64,000 nt of DNA from assembly GCA_001794435.1 (NCBI GenBank), contig MGJU01000014.1:27494-91493 (forward strand), read 5' to 3'. The notes under the pieces were generated by a model, which saw nothing but the letters and a program-made list of their open reading frames with translations, was not told the origin of the DNA and did not search any database. This DNA is from Candidatus Yanofskybacteria bacterium RIFCSPHIGHO2_02_FULL_43_17 (GTDB taxonomy: Bacteria > Patescibacteriota > Minisyncoccia > 2-02-FULL-40-12 > GWA2-44-9). The position numbers and the translations under genes are program-made. Shown here piece by piece: positions 19,968 to 29,813 of this stretch (its first letter is position 1; the number at the start of each line of letters is the position of its first letter).

Positions 19968-20774
19968 ATGGCCACGAAGAAGGTTCGGAAGATGAAGAAG
20001 GACGAGATCCCGGTCACAGCCGGAGAACTCTCGGACATCGAGAAGCAAGACCTGGCGGCGACAGCGCCCGCCGACGACAAGGGCGACGGCGAAGCGAGCG
20101 ATCGCCTGCCGTACCACACGTTCGAGCCGGAAGTCTTCCAGCGCTGGACCCGACACGAGAACGGCCTCCACTTGGTCCCGAAGTACCGCTGGGACATGGT
20201 CGCACGGCTGAACGGCGGCCCGCTCTCGGTGGCCAACACCGAGCGGATCGTTCGGGTCGACCCGGCGCTGGGTCGGGCGACGTGCGGATTCCTCGGGCAT
20301 GGGAAGGAGTTCGTCGCCTATATGGTGGCGTTCATCCTGAACAAGCCGGGGCAGGAGGGTCAGCTGATGACTCGTGACAAGTACGTCACAACGGACAACC
20401 CCGAGGGGGTTGTCTACATGGGCTGCGTCGTCCGCGTCAAGGACGAGAACAACCACGTGGTTCCTCTCACGTGCTGCCCCGAGCACGTGGAAGCGGCCCA
20501 GAACGCCGTCGAGCTGGCCTCGGCCCGTCGCGACAAGGACGGAAAGATCGTCGAGCGCGGCTTCCGTCCGCCGGCCCAGTCGATGGGCCAAGCCCTCATC
20601 GACATCCAGGCCATTGTGACCAAGGCCGAACAGCGCCGCGACGAGACCCAGAAGGCCGTCGAGGCCTACGGTGGCAAGCGGCGAGAGTTCGGTGGGAGTC
20701 CCCACATGGCAACCAGCGGCCGCCAGGGCCGCGAGCGCGACCCGCGCGAGCGGAGCATCGGGAACCGCGGCTAA
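19968..20774 (+). CDS. Hypothetical protein, GC-rich
   Basis: AAGGAGG Shine-Dalgarno before ATG, strong G/C third-position bias, hairpin downstream. Confidence 0.7.
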   Translation: MATKKVRKMKKDEIPVTAGELSDIEKQDLAATAPADDKGDGEASDRLPYHTFEPEVFQRWTRHENGLHLVPKYRWDMVARLNGGPLSVANTERIVRVDPALGRATCGFLGHGKEFVAYMVAFILNKPGQEGQLMTRDKYVTTDNPEGVVYMGCVVRVKDENNHVVPLTCCPEHVEAAQNAVELASARRDKDGKIVERGFRPPAQSMGQALIDIQAIVTKAEQRRDETQKAVEAYGGKRREFGGSPHMATSGRQGRERDPRERSIGNRG

Positions 20775-20893
20775 CCCCGCGTTCCCGAGCACGCAACCCG
20801 GAAGGAGGGTGGAGGCACAACCTCCTTCCCTTCTTCCGGGTCGTTTTAATATTTACCCGAGCGCAACGAAGTGAGCACGGTTGTAAATATTAA

Positions 20894-21040
20894 CCCCGCA
20901 CTAATTTTGCCGACTACTCTGATAAGAATATTGAGCTAAGGACTACTTATTTAACACTCGCAAAGCGCGAGGGCCGAATAGGCCCACCCCTTATGGGCGC
21001 AGCACTTTGCCATAATAAAATCACAAAATTATTGCTGGGG
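20894..21040. repeat. Degenerate CCCCGC...GGGG TIR element
   Basis: CCCCGCACTAATTTTG ... CAAAATTATTGCTGGGG. Confidence 0.55.
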
Positions 21041-21132
21041 TAATAAGTATTTACTAATGAAATTTTAAAACAAAGATTTTATTAGCTAGTACTTATACAA
21101 TCGGGAAGAGAACGGGAAGGGAAGGAGGCTAA

Positions 21133-22599
21133 GTGAAGACCACGAGGAGTTGGTACCGCCAGCTTGGCGAGTACCGGACGAACAAAGCTGGAAAGAAAAT
21201 TAGAGGCGTCATTGGCACCACGATGCATTTGTTCCGCATTTGCGGAAAGAATATCATCATTGAATGCGGCATCGGCTTTGACAGGAACGGTGAGTTTCAG
21301 GCCCAGTACGTACCCGATGGCAACTGGCTTATCGGAACTCATATTGATTTGATCATCCTCACCCACAAGCACCTGGATCATTCGGGGGCAATTCCCCGTC
21401 TTGTGTGGCATCACCCGGAAGCGCTGGTGTTGATGTCGGCCAAATGTTTTGACGGCACAGTGATAGCCGTTGAAGATTCTTTGAAGATCTGGCGCAACGA
21501 GGCGAATAACGCCGAGCGGAATGGTTTGCCCGTTCCGGAGCCGATCTTCACAGAAGAAATGGCTGAAGCGTTTTTCAATAACCCCAACTTGAGGGTGTTC
21601 AATCCTCCTTACTGGCTTGATCCGCAGGAAGACCTTCGCGGTCAGTGGCCGGGATGGGAAATTGGATTCTACGGTGCCGGTCACGATACCGGCGCAGTAT
21701 CTGTCTACATGATCCGACCGGATGGTAAGTATCTCTATCTGACCGGCGATATTGCCAGCCATGACGGAGAGAACGCCCGCGGTGTTCTTCTGCCGCCTGA
21801 CGACTTCCTTGGCGACTTCTTTGACCGTCCCGGAACGATGGTCACCGAAGCGACCAACGGCGGCCGCCGGATGGAAAAGCCGCGCAGTCAACTGGATGAA
21901 GAGCTCAACCGATTTATCAAGTCGGTTGATGCAAAAGGGGGCATTCTCCTGTGCGCCGAATTCGCGGGCACCAAAAGCGGCAACATGATGGTCAAGCTGA
22001 ATAATCTTGGCTACAAAGTTGTCGTTGACGGACTTGCCCGCCGGCATATCCGGGTTGAGGTTCCGGATGTTGACCAGAGGATCAGGGACGGCCGAGTCGT
22101 GTTCATTGAAGAACGCGACCAAGAGCTCGCGTGGAAACAGCGGGCCGACTACGCCGCCGGCGTTCACGGCTTTGTGTCCATAATCGCCGCGTCGGGTTCT
22201 ATGGATCAGGGCTTTGCCGCATCGGCATACGGGCCCGTGATCCTTGAGGGTGAGAAAAACGCTGTTGTCTTCACAAGCCATATCTTTGATGACTCCACCA
22301 CGCAACGACTGCTCAATATCAAGCGTGGTCGGACGATTAAGATGAAAAAGTTCGTCAACGGACGGCTCGAGCCGATTCGAGTCAATGTCCGTTGTGAAGT
22401 TAGACATTTCGGCTACTCGTCGCATGATTATCAGGACGGGTTAGTCGAGCGAGTCCGGCTCGCAAGACCGGAGGAGACGCTCATTGTCCACCACTGCCCG
22501 GGCAAGGCAACGTTTGACGCCTTTGCCGAACGAGTGAATTCCCTGCCCCCTCCCCCGAAAACAATCTGGGGACTCAATGGCAGAAAGATATTTATTTAA
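21133..22599 (+). CDS. Divergent MBL-fold beta-CASP ribonuclease-like protein
   Basis: THKHLDHSG, AGHD.G, TGD, EATNG, ASGSM, YSSHD. AAGGAGG before GTG. Confidence 0.8.
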   Translation: MKTTRSWYRQLGEYRTNKAGKKIRGVIGTTMHLFRICGKNIIIECGIGFDRNGEFQAQYVPDGNWLIGTHIDLIILTHKHLDHSGAIPRLVWHHPEALVLMSAKCFDGTVIAVEDSLKIWRNEANNAERNGLPVPEPIFTEEMAEAFFNNPNLRVFNPPYWLDPQEDLRGQWPGWEIGFYGAGHDTGAVSVYMIRPDGKYLYLTGDIASHDGENARGVLLPPDDFLGDFFDRPGTMVTEATNGGRRMEKPRSQLDEELNRFIKSVDAKGGILLCAEFAGTKSGNMMVKLNNLGYKVVVDGLARRHIRVEVPDVDQRIRDGRVVFIEERDQELAWKQRADYAAGVHGFVSIIAASGSMDQGFAASAYGPVILEGEKNAVVFTSHIFDDSTTQRLLNIKRGRTIKMKKFVNGRLEPIRVNVRCEVRHFGYSSHDYQDGLVERVRLARPEETLIVHHCPGKATFDAFAERVNSLPPPPKTIWGLNGRKIFI

Positions 22600-22651
22600 C
22601 GGCATTTGCCGCAAACCACCCCCGACCGCAAGGTCGGGGGTTTTAACTTGA

Positions 22652-22772
22652 CCCCGCCCTTGAAGTCAGAATCTAAAGATTTTTTCTTGATCATGTTGCT
22701 ATTTATTAAATAGTCATAATTTGTTTGAAGAAAATAGTATTTGCTGGAAGCAATCTGACTTCAAGGGCGGGG
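22652..22772. repeat. Non-coding 121-bp TIR element (TTGA type)
   Basis: TTGA|CCCCGCCCTTGAAGTCAGA ... TCTGACTTCAAGGGCGGGG|TTGA. Confidence 0.85.
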
Positions 22773-22823
22773 TTGACCAACAAATCAATTTATGTAATAA
22801 TACTTTCAAGGAGGGCCGAGCTA

Positions 22824-23693
22824 ATGGCCAGATGGGGAAAACCCAAAACAGTTGACTGGAGAGGAGTACCGTCTTCTCCGACGTCATTTTGTATCTTTCC
22901 AATTAGAGACGCGGCATTCTCGCCGGAATTGAATATTTGGCTGGTTTATAATCATGCCGATAAAGGCAGAAAAAACCCGTTGGCTCAACTTTTAGGATTC
23001 GATCCCCAACAACAAGGGGGTGGTAGAAAAAAGGGCAAGCCGGCCGCTTACGGAATGCCCGGAGGCGGACTCAATCCGGAATGGCTTGAGACGGCAGAAG
23101 GTGCTGCCGTCAGAGAAGGCAGTAACGAAAGCGGGGTAAAGGTCATCCGGGCCCGTTTAATTCCTGTTCCGGGGGAAAAGAACAAGGCCCTGATATTAAA
23201 CAAGAAGACCGGCGAACGGACTCGTCCGGAGATAATGTATGCGGATGGACAACAGGTTCACATTGAACTAATGCCGAACGAGAAACTTCTTCTAAATCCG
23301 ATGAACTACTACCTCGCCGAAGTTGATTGGTTCAACTCAAAGGTCAGAGAATTTCTTCTCAACCTTAAGAATAACCTTATTGCGGAAGGCGCCTGCACCG
23401 CAGAAGATATCGCTCGCGAAGGAATCAGTATAAATACCCTCACCCGAGAAGAGCTTCTCGCGCTTGGAGTGGATGAGGAGGAAGTGGGTAAGATAAGCGA
23501 CCCCGAAGAAGTGTGTGAAATTGGCGGATTCGCTCTTCTGCCGGTAAGCTTGCTCCGCGATATGTGGGAGAGCAAGCGGTTCTACTTGAACCCCGAAGAA
23601 GACCGGGAAAATCCTTTGGATCCGACTACGTATGTGTACTACAGCCACGTAAAGCGAATCCTGGAAGGCCTAGACCTAATGGGCGTTGCCTGA
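22824..23693 (+). CDS. Divergent Nudix-like hydrolase
   Basis: YGMPGGG...ETAEGAAVREGSNESG resembles the Nudix box, GGAGG upstream of ATG 22824. Confidence 0.55.
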   Translation: MARWGKPKTVDWRGVPSSPTSFCIFPIRDAAFSPELNIWLVYNHADKGRKNPLAQLLGFDPQQQGGGRKKGKPAAYGMPGGGLNPEWLETAEGAAVREGSNESGVKVIRARLIPVPGEKNKALILNKKTGERTRPEIMYADGQQVHIELMPNEKLLLNPMNYYLAEVDWFNSKVREFLLNLKNNLIAEGACTAEDIAREGISINTLTREELLALGVDEEEVGKISDPEEVCEIGGFALLPVSLLRDMWESKRFYLNPEEDRENPLDPTTYVYYSHVKRILEGLDLMGVA

Positions 23694-23778
23694 CCCTGTC
23701 GTTTTTTTTCAAAAATAAGGAGCACGCAACGCTCCTTCTTTTTATAACTAAGCCCGTTGTGTTAAAATAAAAAATCAA

Positions 23779-25587
23779 ATGAAAACTATTCTAAAATATA
23801 TTCTTATCGTATTTGTATCGCTATTTGTTCTGGCGGCTTTGGTGTCTTTGTTTGAATCTCCCGAAAAATCAGTCATTCCCCTTTCAGAACTGGTGAATAA
23901 GATAAACCGAGGAGAAGTGGAGAGCGTGACTCTCAAAGAAAATTTGCTTGAGATAAAAACTGTCAGCGGCGAGTTGTTGGAAACAAAGAAAGAAACATCC
24001 GTATCCGCTTTCGAGACACTCGCTAATCTTGGCGCCGAGAAAGACAAGCTATCGGCAATACGAGTTGAGGTCAAAGATGCCAGCGGATTTGCGGTAATTC
24101 TCAGATCGGTATTACCCATAGTTCTGCCGTTTCTTCTGATACTTTTTATCTTTTGGTTTATGTTCAGCAAAGCCCAGCAAGGTTCAATGCAGGCATTGTC
24201 CTTCGGAAAAACAAAGGCGCGGCTGGCAAACATGATCGGCAAAAGAAAAGTTATGTTCAAGGATGTGGCCGGACTGACAGAAGCGAAGGAAGAGATATCG
24301 GAAGTGGTTGAATTTTTGAAAGATCCCCAGAAATTCCACAAACTCGGCGCAAGAATACCGCGAGGCATTATGCTTGTCGGTTCTCCGGGAACCGGAAAAA
24401 CTCTCCTAGCCAAAGCCGTCGCCAATGAAGCCGATGTTCCCTTTTATTTCGTTTCGGGTTCGGAATTCGTAGAAATGTTCGTTGGCGTGGGCGCAAACAG
24501 GGTAAGAGACACCTTTGAGCTGGCCAAGAAAACATCGCCTTCGATCATCTTCGTAGATGAGATAGACGCCGTAGGCCGTCACAGAGGCGCGGGTCTTGGC
24601 GGAGGCCACGACGAAAGAGAGCAGACATTGAATCAAATACTGGTTGAGATGGATGGTTTTGATACCAACGACGCCGTGATTGTAATGGCCGCGACAAACA
24701 GACCCGATATTCTTGACCCGGCCCTTTTAAGACCGGGTCGTTTTGACAGGAGAATAATCTTGGATGAGCCGTCAATGAGAGACCGCGAAGACATATTAAA
24801 GATCCACTCGCTGGGCAAACCAGTATCACCAAGCGTAAACCTTAAAATAGTTGCGGAAAGAACACCGGGATTTTCCGGAGCCGATCTGGCAAACTTAGCC
24901 AACGAAGCAGCGATACTGGCGGCAAGAAAGGGTCGAGCTCAGATAAATCAGGACGACTTCTTTCAAGCAATAGAAAAGGTCATTCTCGGTCCGGAGAGAC
25001 GAAGCCATATACTTTCAAAAAAGGAAAAAGAGATAACCGCTTATCATGAGGCCGGGCACGCCTTAGTTGCCGTATCGATTCCCCACTCCGATCCGGTACA
25101 CAAGGTCTCTATTATATCCCGGGGACGAGCGGGCGGATACACTTTGAAGTTGCCAAGCGAGGACAAACACATGAGATCTAAAGCAGAATTTGAATCGGAG
25201 CTGGCTGTGCTTCTCGGCGGCTATGCCGCGGAGAAAGCCATATTCAAAGACACAACTACGGGAGCAACCAACGACCTAAGAGTAGCTTCCGATCTTGCCA
25301 GAAAGATGGTAACCCAATTCGGTATGTCGGAAAAATTGGGACCGATAACCTACGGCGAGAAAGACGAGCTGGTGTTTCTTGGCAAAGAGATGGGACACAC
25401 CAAAAATTACTCCGAAACAATCGCCTACCAAATAGACAACGAGGTTAAAAAACTTGTCTCAAAAGGTCTGGCAACCGCTAAAAAAGTACTCACTCAAAAA
25501 ATAGGTGCTCTCCACAAAATCGCTAAAGAACTCCTGACCAAAGAAACTCTCGAACAAAAAGAATTCTATTCTCTGGTCAGAGGGTAA
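23779..25587 (+). CDS. ftsH: ATP-dependent zinc metalloprotease FtsH
   Basis: Two TM helices, [41 protein letters not shown]. Confidence 0.97.
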   Translation: MKTILKYILIVFVSLFVLAALVSLFESPEKSVIPLSELVNKINRGEVESVTLKENLLEIKTVSGELLETKKETSVSAFETLANLGAEKDKLSAIRVEVKDASGFAVILRSVLPIVLPFLLILFIFWFMFSKAQQGSMQALSFGKTKARLANMIGKRKVMFKDVAGLTEAKEEISEVVEFLKDPQKFHKLGARIPRGIMLVGSPGTGKTLLAKAVANEADVPFYFVSGSEFVEMFVGVGANRVRDTFELAKKTSPSIIFVDEIDAVGRHRGAGLGGGHDEREQTLNQILVEMDGFDTNDAVIVMAATNRPDILDPALLRPGRFDRRIILDEPSMRDREDILKIHSLGKPVSPSVNLKIVAERTPGFSGADLANLANEAAILAARKGRAQINQDDFFQAIEKVILGPERRSHILSKKEKEITAYHEAGHALVAVSIPHSDPVHKVSIISRGRAGGYTLKLPSEDKHMRSKAEFESELAVLLGGYAAEKAIFKDTTTGATNDLRVASDLARKMVTQFGMSEKLGPITYGEKDELVFLGKEMGHTKNYSETIAYQIDNEVKKLVSKGLATAKKVLTQKIGALHKIAKELLTKETLEQKEFYSLVRG

Positions 25588-25635
25588 AGTTGTCAACTCG
25601 TACTAACGAATATCTTATGATATAATCGTCAGTAC

Positions 25636-26304
25636 ATGGCACGAGTTAAAGACAGACGTCTAGCAATTAAGTTGCGGGAGCAAGGCAAAAGTTGGACTGA
25701 GATAAGAAGCGTACTTACTGTAAGTAAGGACACTTTATCTCGTTGGTTAAAAGACGCTTGCCTCACAGAAGAACAGAGACAGAAAATAGTCCTCGAAGGA
25801 AAAACTAGGCGGATAGAAAACTATATTCTGTCTACCAAAGCAAGAAGAAAAAGAATTGATGAAACGTACCTTCAAAATAAAGCCCGGGAGTTTGGCAAAG
25901 TAAACAAGCGAGACTTTCTTGTGGCGGGGTTGTTTTTATATTTAGGTGAGGGGGCCAAGTCAACTAGGTCACGCATACAAATTACCAATAGTGATCCCTC
26001 GATTATTCAATTTTCTATCTACTGGCTAACAAAAATACTAAAAATTCCTTATCGAAAAATAAAAGTTCAACTGCACTTATATACAGATATGGCTATTGAG
26101 AGAGAAATTGATTTTTGGCAAAAAATTACTATGCTAAATAGAGATCAGTTCATTAAACCCTATATAAAGAGGACATCTTCTTTACGAATTGATCACCCAA
26201 GTTTCGGTCACGGAACTTGCTCGATATATTATCATAATGCGAAAATAAAAGACGAAATTATGGCAGGAATAAAGGTTATAATGAATTCAGCAACGCGCCT
26301 GTAG
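25636..26304 (+). CDS. HTH protein with LAGLIDADG-like C-terminal region, tRNA-adjacent
   Basis: AIKLREQGKSWTEI...VSKDTLSRWL (HTH), AGLFLYLGEG...ITNSDP. Confidence 0.55.
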   Translation: MARVKDRRLAIKLREQGKSWTEIRSVLTVSKDTLSRWLKDACLTEEQRQKIVLEGKTRRIENYILSTKARRKRIDETYLQNKAREFGKVNKRDFLVAGLFLYLGEGAKSTRSRIQITNSDPSIIQFSIYWLTKILKIPYRKIKVQLHLYTDMAIEREIDFWQKITMLNRDQFIKPYIKRTSSLRIDHPSFGHGTCSIYYHNAKIKDEIMAGIKVIMNSATRL

Positions 26305-26370
26305 CTCAGTTGGTAGAGCACACGACTTATAATCGTGCGGTCCCTGGTTCGAGTCCAGGCAGGCGCACCA
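26295..26370 (+). tRNA. tRNA-Ile(TAT)
   Basis: GCGCCTG...CAGGCGC-A-CCA, CACGA-CT-TAT-AA-TCGTG. Confidence 0.92.
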
Positions 26371-26374
26371 GAAC

Positions 26375-26450
26375 GGGCGGTTAGCTCAGTTGGTAGAGCG
26401 CTTCCTTTACACGGAAGATGTCGAGGGTTCGAGTCCTTCACCGCCCACCA
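26375..26450 (+). tRNA. tRNA-Val(TAC)
   Basis: GGGCGGT...ACCGCCC-A-CCA, CTTCC-TT-TAC-AC-GGAAG. Confidence 0.95.
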
Positions 26451-26591
26451 GAATTTGACTTTCAGTCAGCCAGCCGGCGGATTGCCCGACCGATTCGGCC
26501 GCGCGAAGCGCGTCTTCAAAACTTGCAATTTCCTTATTGGTGCGCTATTTTTAATCACAAGATCAAGGATTAATTTGTTTTGATAATTCAT

Positions 26592-26906
26592 ATGGATCAA
26601 AAAGGATTTGCCAATATGGCGTTAGTTGTTTTGGTTGGGGTGGCTGGATATTTTGCTTTGAATAATCGTTCGACAACACCCGCACCAACGCCTTCTCCCA
26701 CACCAACCCCGTCCGTAAATCTATTGAAGGTCTGCCCCGAAGAATGGTATGTCAATCAAATGCCCGGCACAGTGGGATTAGAAACAGATCAAAACAAAAT
26801 CCCAAACGAATATTTTATTTACAAAGGCATACGACGAGAACTTTCAGAGTTTGATATTAATTGGGTAAAAACTAATTGTTCAGTAAGGCCTCAGGTCGTC
26901 TATTAA
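26592..26906 (+). CDS. Small exported protein with prepilin-like leader and Pro-Thr linker
   Basis: MDQKGF followed by hydrophobic helix, PTPSPTPTP, Cys pair. Confidence 0.6.
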   Translation: MDQKGFANMALVVLVGVAGYFALNNRSTTPAPTPSPTPTPSVNLLKVCPEEWYVNQMPGTVGLETDQNKIPNEYFIYKGIRRELSEFDINWVKTNCSVRPQVVY

Positions 26907-26967
26907 GCATGTAGGCGCCGCATTTCCGTCCAAACTAGTTCAAGAATAGACTATGAGGATTTAACTT

Positions 26968-27306
26968 ATGTCTACAGTGGAAAAATTGAAGCCGTCGACA
27001 ACAGAAAAACCCAAACCGGAAAAACCGGCTGATATTAGTGATTTTGAATCGGTCAAAAAGAAGAAGCGATTATGGGAAGCGCGGCGGGCAGATACAAGCT
27101 CGGTGCTAGCTGACGCTCTTGAATTGGTCCGAGAAAGCCAGCTCTCGGATGCAGAGATAGACGAACTCCGCTCTATTACCAACGATGAAAAAACACTTCT
27201 GAAAACGGTGTCCGACTTATTTACGCGTTTGAGAAATAACAACCAAGAAATAGAAGAACTTCGAGAACTGATCGGACAAATCAAACAAAAATTAGGCGAA
27301 GAATAA
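26968..27306 (+). CDS. Hypothetical coiled-coil protein
   Basis: 112-aa ORF directly upstream of the pseudouridine synthase gene. Confidence 0.6.
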   Translation: MSTVEKLKPSTTEKPKPEKPADISDFESVKKKKRLWEARRADTSSVLADALELVRESQLSDAEIDELRSITNDEKTLLKTVSDLFTRLRNNNQEIEELRELIGQIKQKLGEE

Positions 27307-27308
27307 TT

Positions 27309-28052
27309 ATGGATGTAGGTATTGTTTATGAAGACGGCGATATTTTAGTCTTGAACAAGCCCGCTGGCCTTATAACTCACCCGAAGAACATAAGCGATAC
27401 CCAAGACAGCGTAACCGGTTGGCTGATAGAAAAATTTCCAAACATCAAAAACGTCGGCGAACCTTTCGTTGCCTCCGGGAAGGAAGTTCCCCGCGCCGGC
27501 GTTGTTCATCGCCTAGACAAAGATACTTCGGGACTACTGATAGTCGCCAAGAATAACGAGGCTTTTTTTTATTTAAAAAAACTGTTTCAGAACAGAAAGA
27601 TAAGAAAATATTATTTGGCTTTAGTGAATGGCAGACCCAAAGAGCCGAAAGGAGTGATTTCAGCTCCTCTGGGCAGGGTAGGCCTAAAAAGAACGGCTCG
27701 CCTAACCGGTAAAAAGTTAGTAGACAAGAAAGAGGCGCTAACCGAGTATCGAACCCTAAAAGAGTTCAAACATCACACCCTTCTGGAAGTATCCCCGCAT
27801 ACCGGCCGAACCCACCAAATAAGAGTCCATCTCAACTCCATAGGCACGCCCGTTTCTGGAGATAAGATTTATGGATTCAAAAGGGTCAAATCACCGTCCG
27901 GGTTGATGAGATTATTCCTGCACGCTTACAAGTTGGAATTTACGGCTCCCTCCTTCGCTAAAGCTTCGGAGGGCAGACCTGATGGTAAAAACCTGGTGCT
28001 GGAGGCAGATCTGCCGGAAGAGTTGCAAAACACGTTAAATATGCTAGAATAA
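27309..28052 (+). CDS. RluA/RluD family pseudouridine synthase
   Basis: NKPAGL, VHRLDKDTSG, TGRTHQIRVH, LFLHA. Confidence 0.93.
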   Translation: MDVGIVYEDGDILVLNKPAGLITHPKNISDTQDSVTGWLIEKFPNIKNVGEPFVASGKEVPRAGVVHRLDKDTSGLLIVAKNNEAFFYLKKLFQNRKIRKYYLALVNGRPKEPKGVISAPLGRVGLKRTARLTGKKLVDKKEALTEYRTLKEFKHHTLLEVSPHTGRTHQIRVHLNSIGTPVSGDKIYGFKRVKSPSGLMRLFLHAYKLEFTAPSFAKASEGRPDGKNLVLEADLPEELQNTLNMLE

Positions 28053-28062
28053 ACTACTAATT

Positions 28063-28425
28063 ATGGACAAACTGTCGTTATTCAACCAGAACAATTCCGG
28101 TCAAAACCCTTCCGCCAGTTGGCGGACCGAACTGAAGACGGGATGGACGGTCAAGGTTTACCAAAAGATAAAAGAGGGCGATAAGTCCAGAGTTCAGGCA
28201 TTCGAAGGCATCATTATAGCCAAGAAGCACGGCAATGAACCCGGGGGAACAATAATCGTAAGGAAGGTTTCCGGTGGTATTGGAGTTGAGAAGACCTTTC
28301 CGCTTCACCTGCCCACAATCACGAAAATAGAAGTCGTGAAGAAATCCAGCACCAGAAAATCAAAACTCTATTACTTGAGAGACAAGTCTGCCAGAGAAAC
28401 AAGAAAGAAGATGAGAGCAGCTTAA
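28063..28425 (+). CDS. rplS: 50S ribosomal protein L19
   Basis: KIKEGDKSRVQAFEGII, VRKVSGGIGVEKTFP, RKSKLYYLR. Confidence 0.96.
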   Translation: MDKLSLFNQNNSGQNPSASWRTELKTGWTVKVYQKIKEGDKSRVQAFEGIIIAKKHGNEPGGTIIVRKVSGGIGVEKTFPLHLPTITKIEVVKKSSTRKSKLYYLRDKSARETRKKMRAA

Positions 28426-28432
28426 ACTATTC

Positions 28433-28519
28433 GCGCGGGTGGCGAAACTGGCAGACGCACTACCTTGAGGTGGTAGCGGGGGCAACCCCATGGAGGTTCA
28501 AATCCTCTCCCGCGCACCA
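28433..28519 (+). tRNA. tRNA-Leu(GAG)
   Basis: GCGCGGG...CCCGCGC-A-CCA, CTACC-TT-GAG-GT-GGTAG. Confidence 0.95.
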
Positions 28520-28683
28520 ATAAGGGTACCATTAAAAAACTTCTGTTCTGTTTCTGTTGACAAAAGGACCGTTGGCCGACCAACGTATTCAAATTACCAT
28601 GGCGTGTGTATCGTCAGATGCGGAACAGTTGCAATACAGAGGAAATTGTCATATTTAAGTGAAATTTATTGCAATAAAATTCT

Positions 28684-28761
28684 GCGCGCGTAGCTCAGTT
28701 GGTTTAGAGCGACCGATTGACGTTCGGTAGGTCCCTGGTTCGAGTCCAGGCGCGCGCACCA
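28684..28761 (+). tRNA. tRNA-Val(GAC)
   Basis: GCGCGCG...CGCGCGC-A-CCA, ACCGA-TT-GAC-GT-TCGGT. Confidence 0.95.
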
Positions 28762-28773
28762 AAATAGTAAATT

Positions 28774-28845
28774 GCCGGAGTAGCTCAGTGGTAGAGCGCA
28801 GCCCTGAAGAGGCTGGCGTCCGGTGTTCGATTCACCGCTCCGGCA
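28774..28845 (+). tRNA. tRNA-Phe(GAA)
   Basis: GCCGGAG...CTCCGGC-A, CAGCC-CT-GAA-GA-GGCTG, CCA not encoded. Confidence 0.93.
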
Positions 28846-28870
28846 CAAGGGTGTTATAATTTTTACGACT

Positions 28871-28943
28871 GCGGGTGTAGTACAGTGGTAGTACGCGACC
28901 TTGCCAAGGTCAAGACGAGGGTTCGATTCCCTTCACCCGCTCC
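28871..28943 (+). tRNA. tRNA-Gly(GCC)
   Basis: GCGGGTG...CACCCGC-T-CC, GACC-TT-GCC-AA-GGTC. Confidence 0.93.
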
Positions 28944-29066
28944 GAGTCATACTCGGCTGCGCCCGAGGATGACGAGAGCCGAGTTGGACTCGGCCCATCG
29001 TCTCTGTTATATAAATATAAAATAATAATTTGAGTTGCGAAGTCTGACTTCGCAACGAATTTAGCT

Positions 29067-29222
29067 ATGAAAAGATATTACGTTTACATACTTTTATCTC
29101 TCAAGGATAACAAGCTATACACTGGATTTACCACAAATCTCAAGAAACGCCTCCAAGAGCATGCAAGAGGCGGAGTTAAATCTACTCAAAACTATATCGT
29201 CCGTTCAAGCCTGACTTTTTGA
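29067..29222 (+). pseudogene. Truncated GIY-YIG nuclease gene
   Basis: MKRYYVYILLSLKDNKLYTGFTTNLKKRLQEHARGGVKST then a frameshift (YRPFK in another frame) and no C-terminal half. Confidence 0.75.
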
Positions 29223-29349
29223 AATAATACTCAGGCTCTCTCATGTTTATGACGTCCTATCCTCATAAACATAAGGCAAAGCCAATAATTCTCAATATTC
29301 CGCTACCTATCGGGCGGAATCAGTATGCTTATTATCAGACAGCTTCGAT

Positions 29350-29378
29350 TTGACTTTTGGTTTCTAGGAGAGTATATT
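29350..29378 (+). promoter_or_regulatory. Sigma70-type promoter of the T-box unit
   Basis: TTGACT-N17-TATATT. Confidence 0.65.
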
Positions 29379-29410
29379 TAGGCTATTAACAAGTAAATAT
29401 AATTGCAAAC

Positions 29411-29711
29411 GCATCATTACGAAGGACTAGTAGGTTACATAATCTAAGGCAAAAGCGAGCCTGGGGCGGTGAAAGCCAGGACCTGAAAAGTAACTGAACA
29501 CGTCTTCGGAGCGGTTAGCGAGAATGCCAGAATTGGCACAAGCTAAACGGTAGTCACTCTATCGTGAACTAGATAATTAAGTGCTCGGATTTCCTGAATA
29601 AGGCGTCTGAGAATAAGGATGGAACCACGGGATTCTCTTACTATCTAAGACTCTCGTTCCTTTTTTGCTATTCGAAAGAATAGTTATCAAGGAACGGGAG
29701 TCTTTTTGTTT
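29411..29711 (+). promoter_or_regulatory. T-box riboswitch (transcriptional), specifier CAC = His
   Basis: Stem I with AGTA/GAA S-turn, AGCGAG bulge, GGTGAAA loop and CAC at 29499-29501. T-box AATAAGGA-TGGAACC-ACGGGA pairs with TCTCGT-TCCTT. Overlapping terminator 29647-29704 plus T-tract. Confidence 0.85.
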
Positions 29712-29741
29712 AAAAACTTCCCGTAGAAGGAGGCAAAGGCC

Positions 29742-29813
29742 ATGAATCACATCGGCTTCAGCCTTGGAGGTGCGGGTCCGCACCTCCTTCGTATGGTCCT
29801 GGTAGCTCAATAG
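29742..29813 (+). CDS. Putative 23-aa peptide MNHIGFSLGGAGPHLLRMVLVAQ
   Basis: AAGGAGG Shine-Dalgarno 8 nt upstream, two CAC codons, overlaps the tRNA 5' end. Confidence 0.4.
   Translation: MNHIGFSLGGAGPHLLRMVLVAQ

Noticed and set aside
19845-22425. Long minus-strand ORFs 19845-20792 and 21082-22425
   Set aside because: Antisense shadows of GC-rich plus-strand genes that have SD motifs and, in one case, recognisable domains.
29385-29711. tmRNA, group II intron or large orphan ncRNA
   Set aside because: No tRNA-like tmRNA ends or intron domain V. T-box stem I, antiterminator and terminator account for the region.
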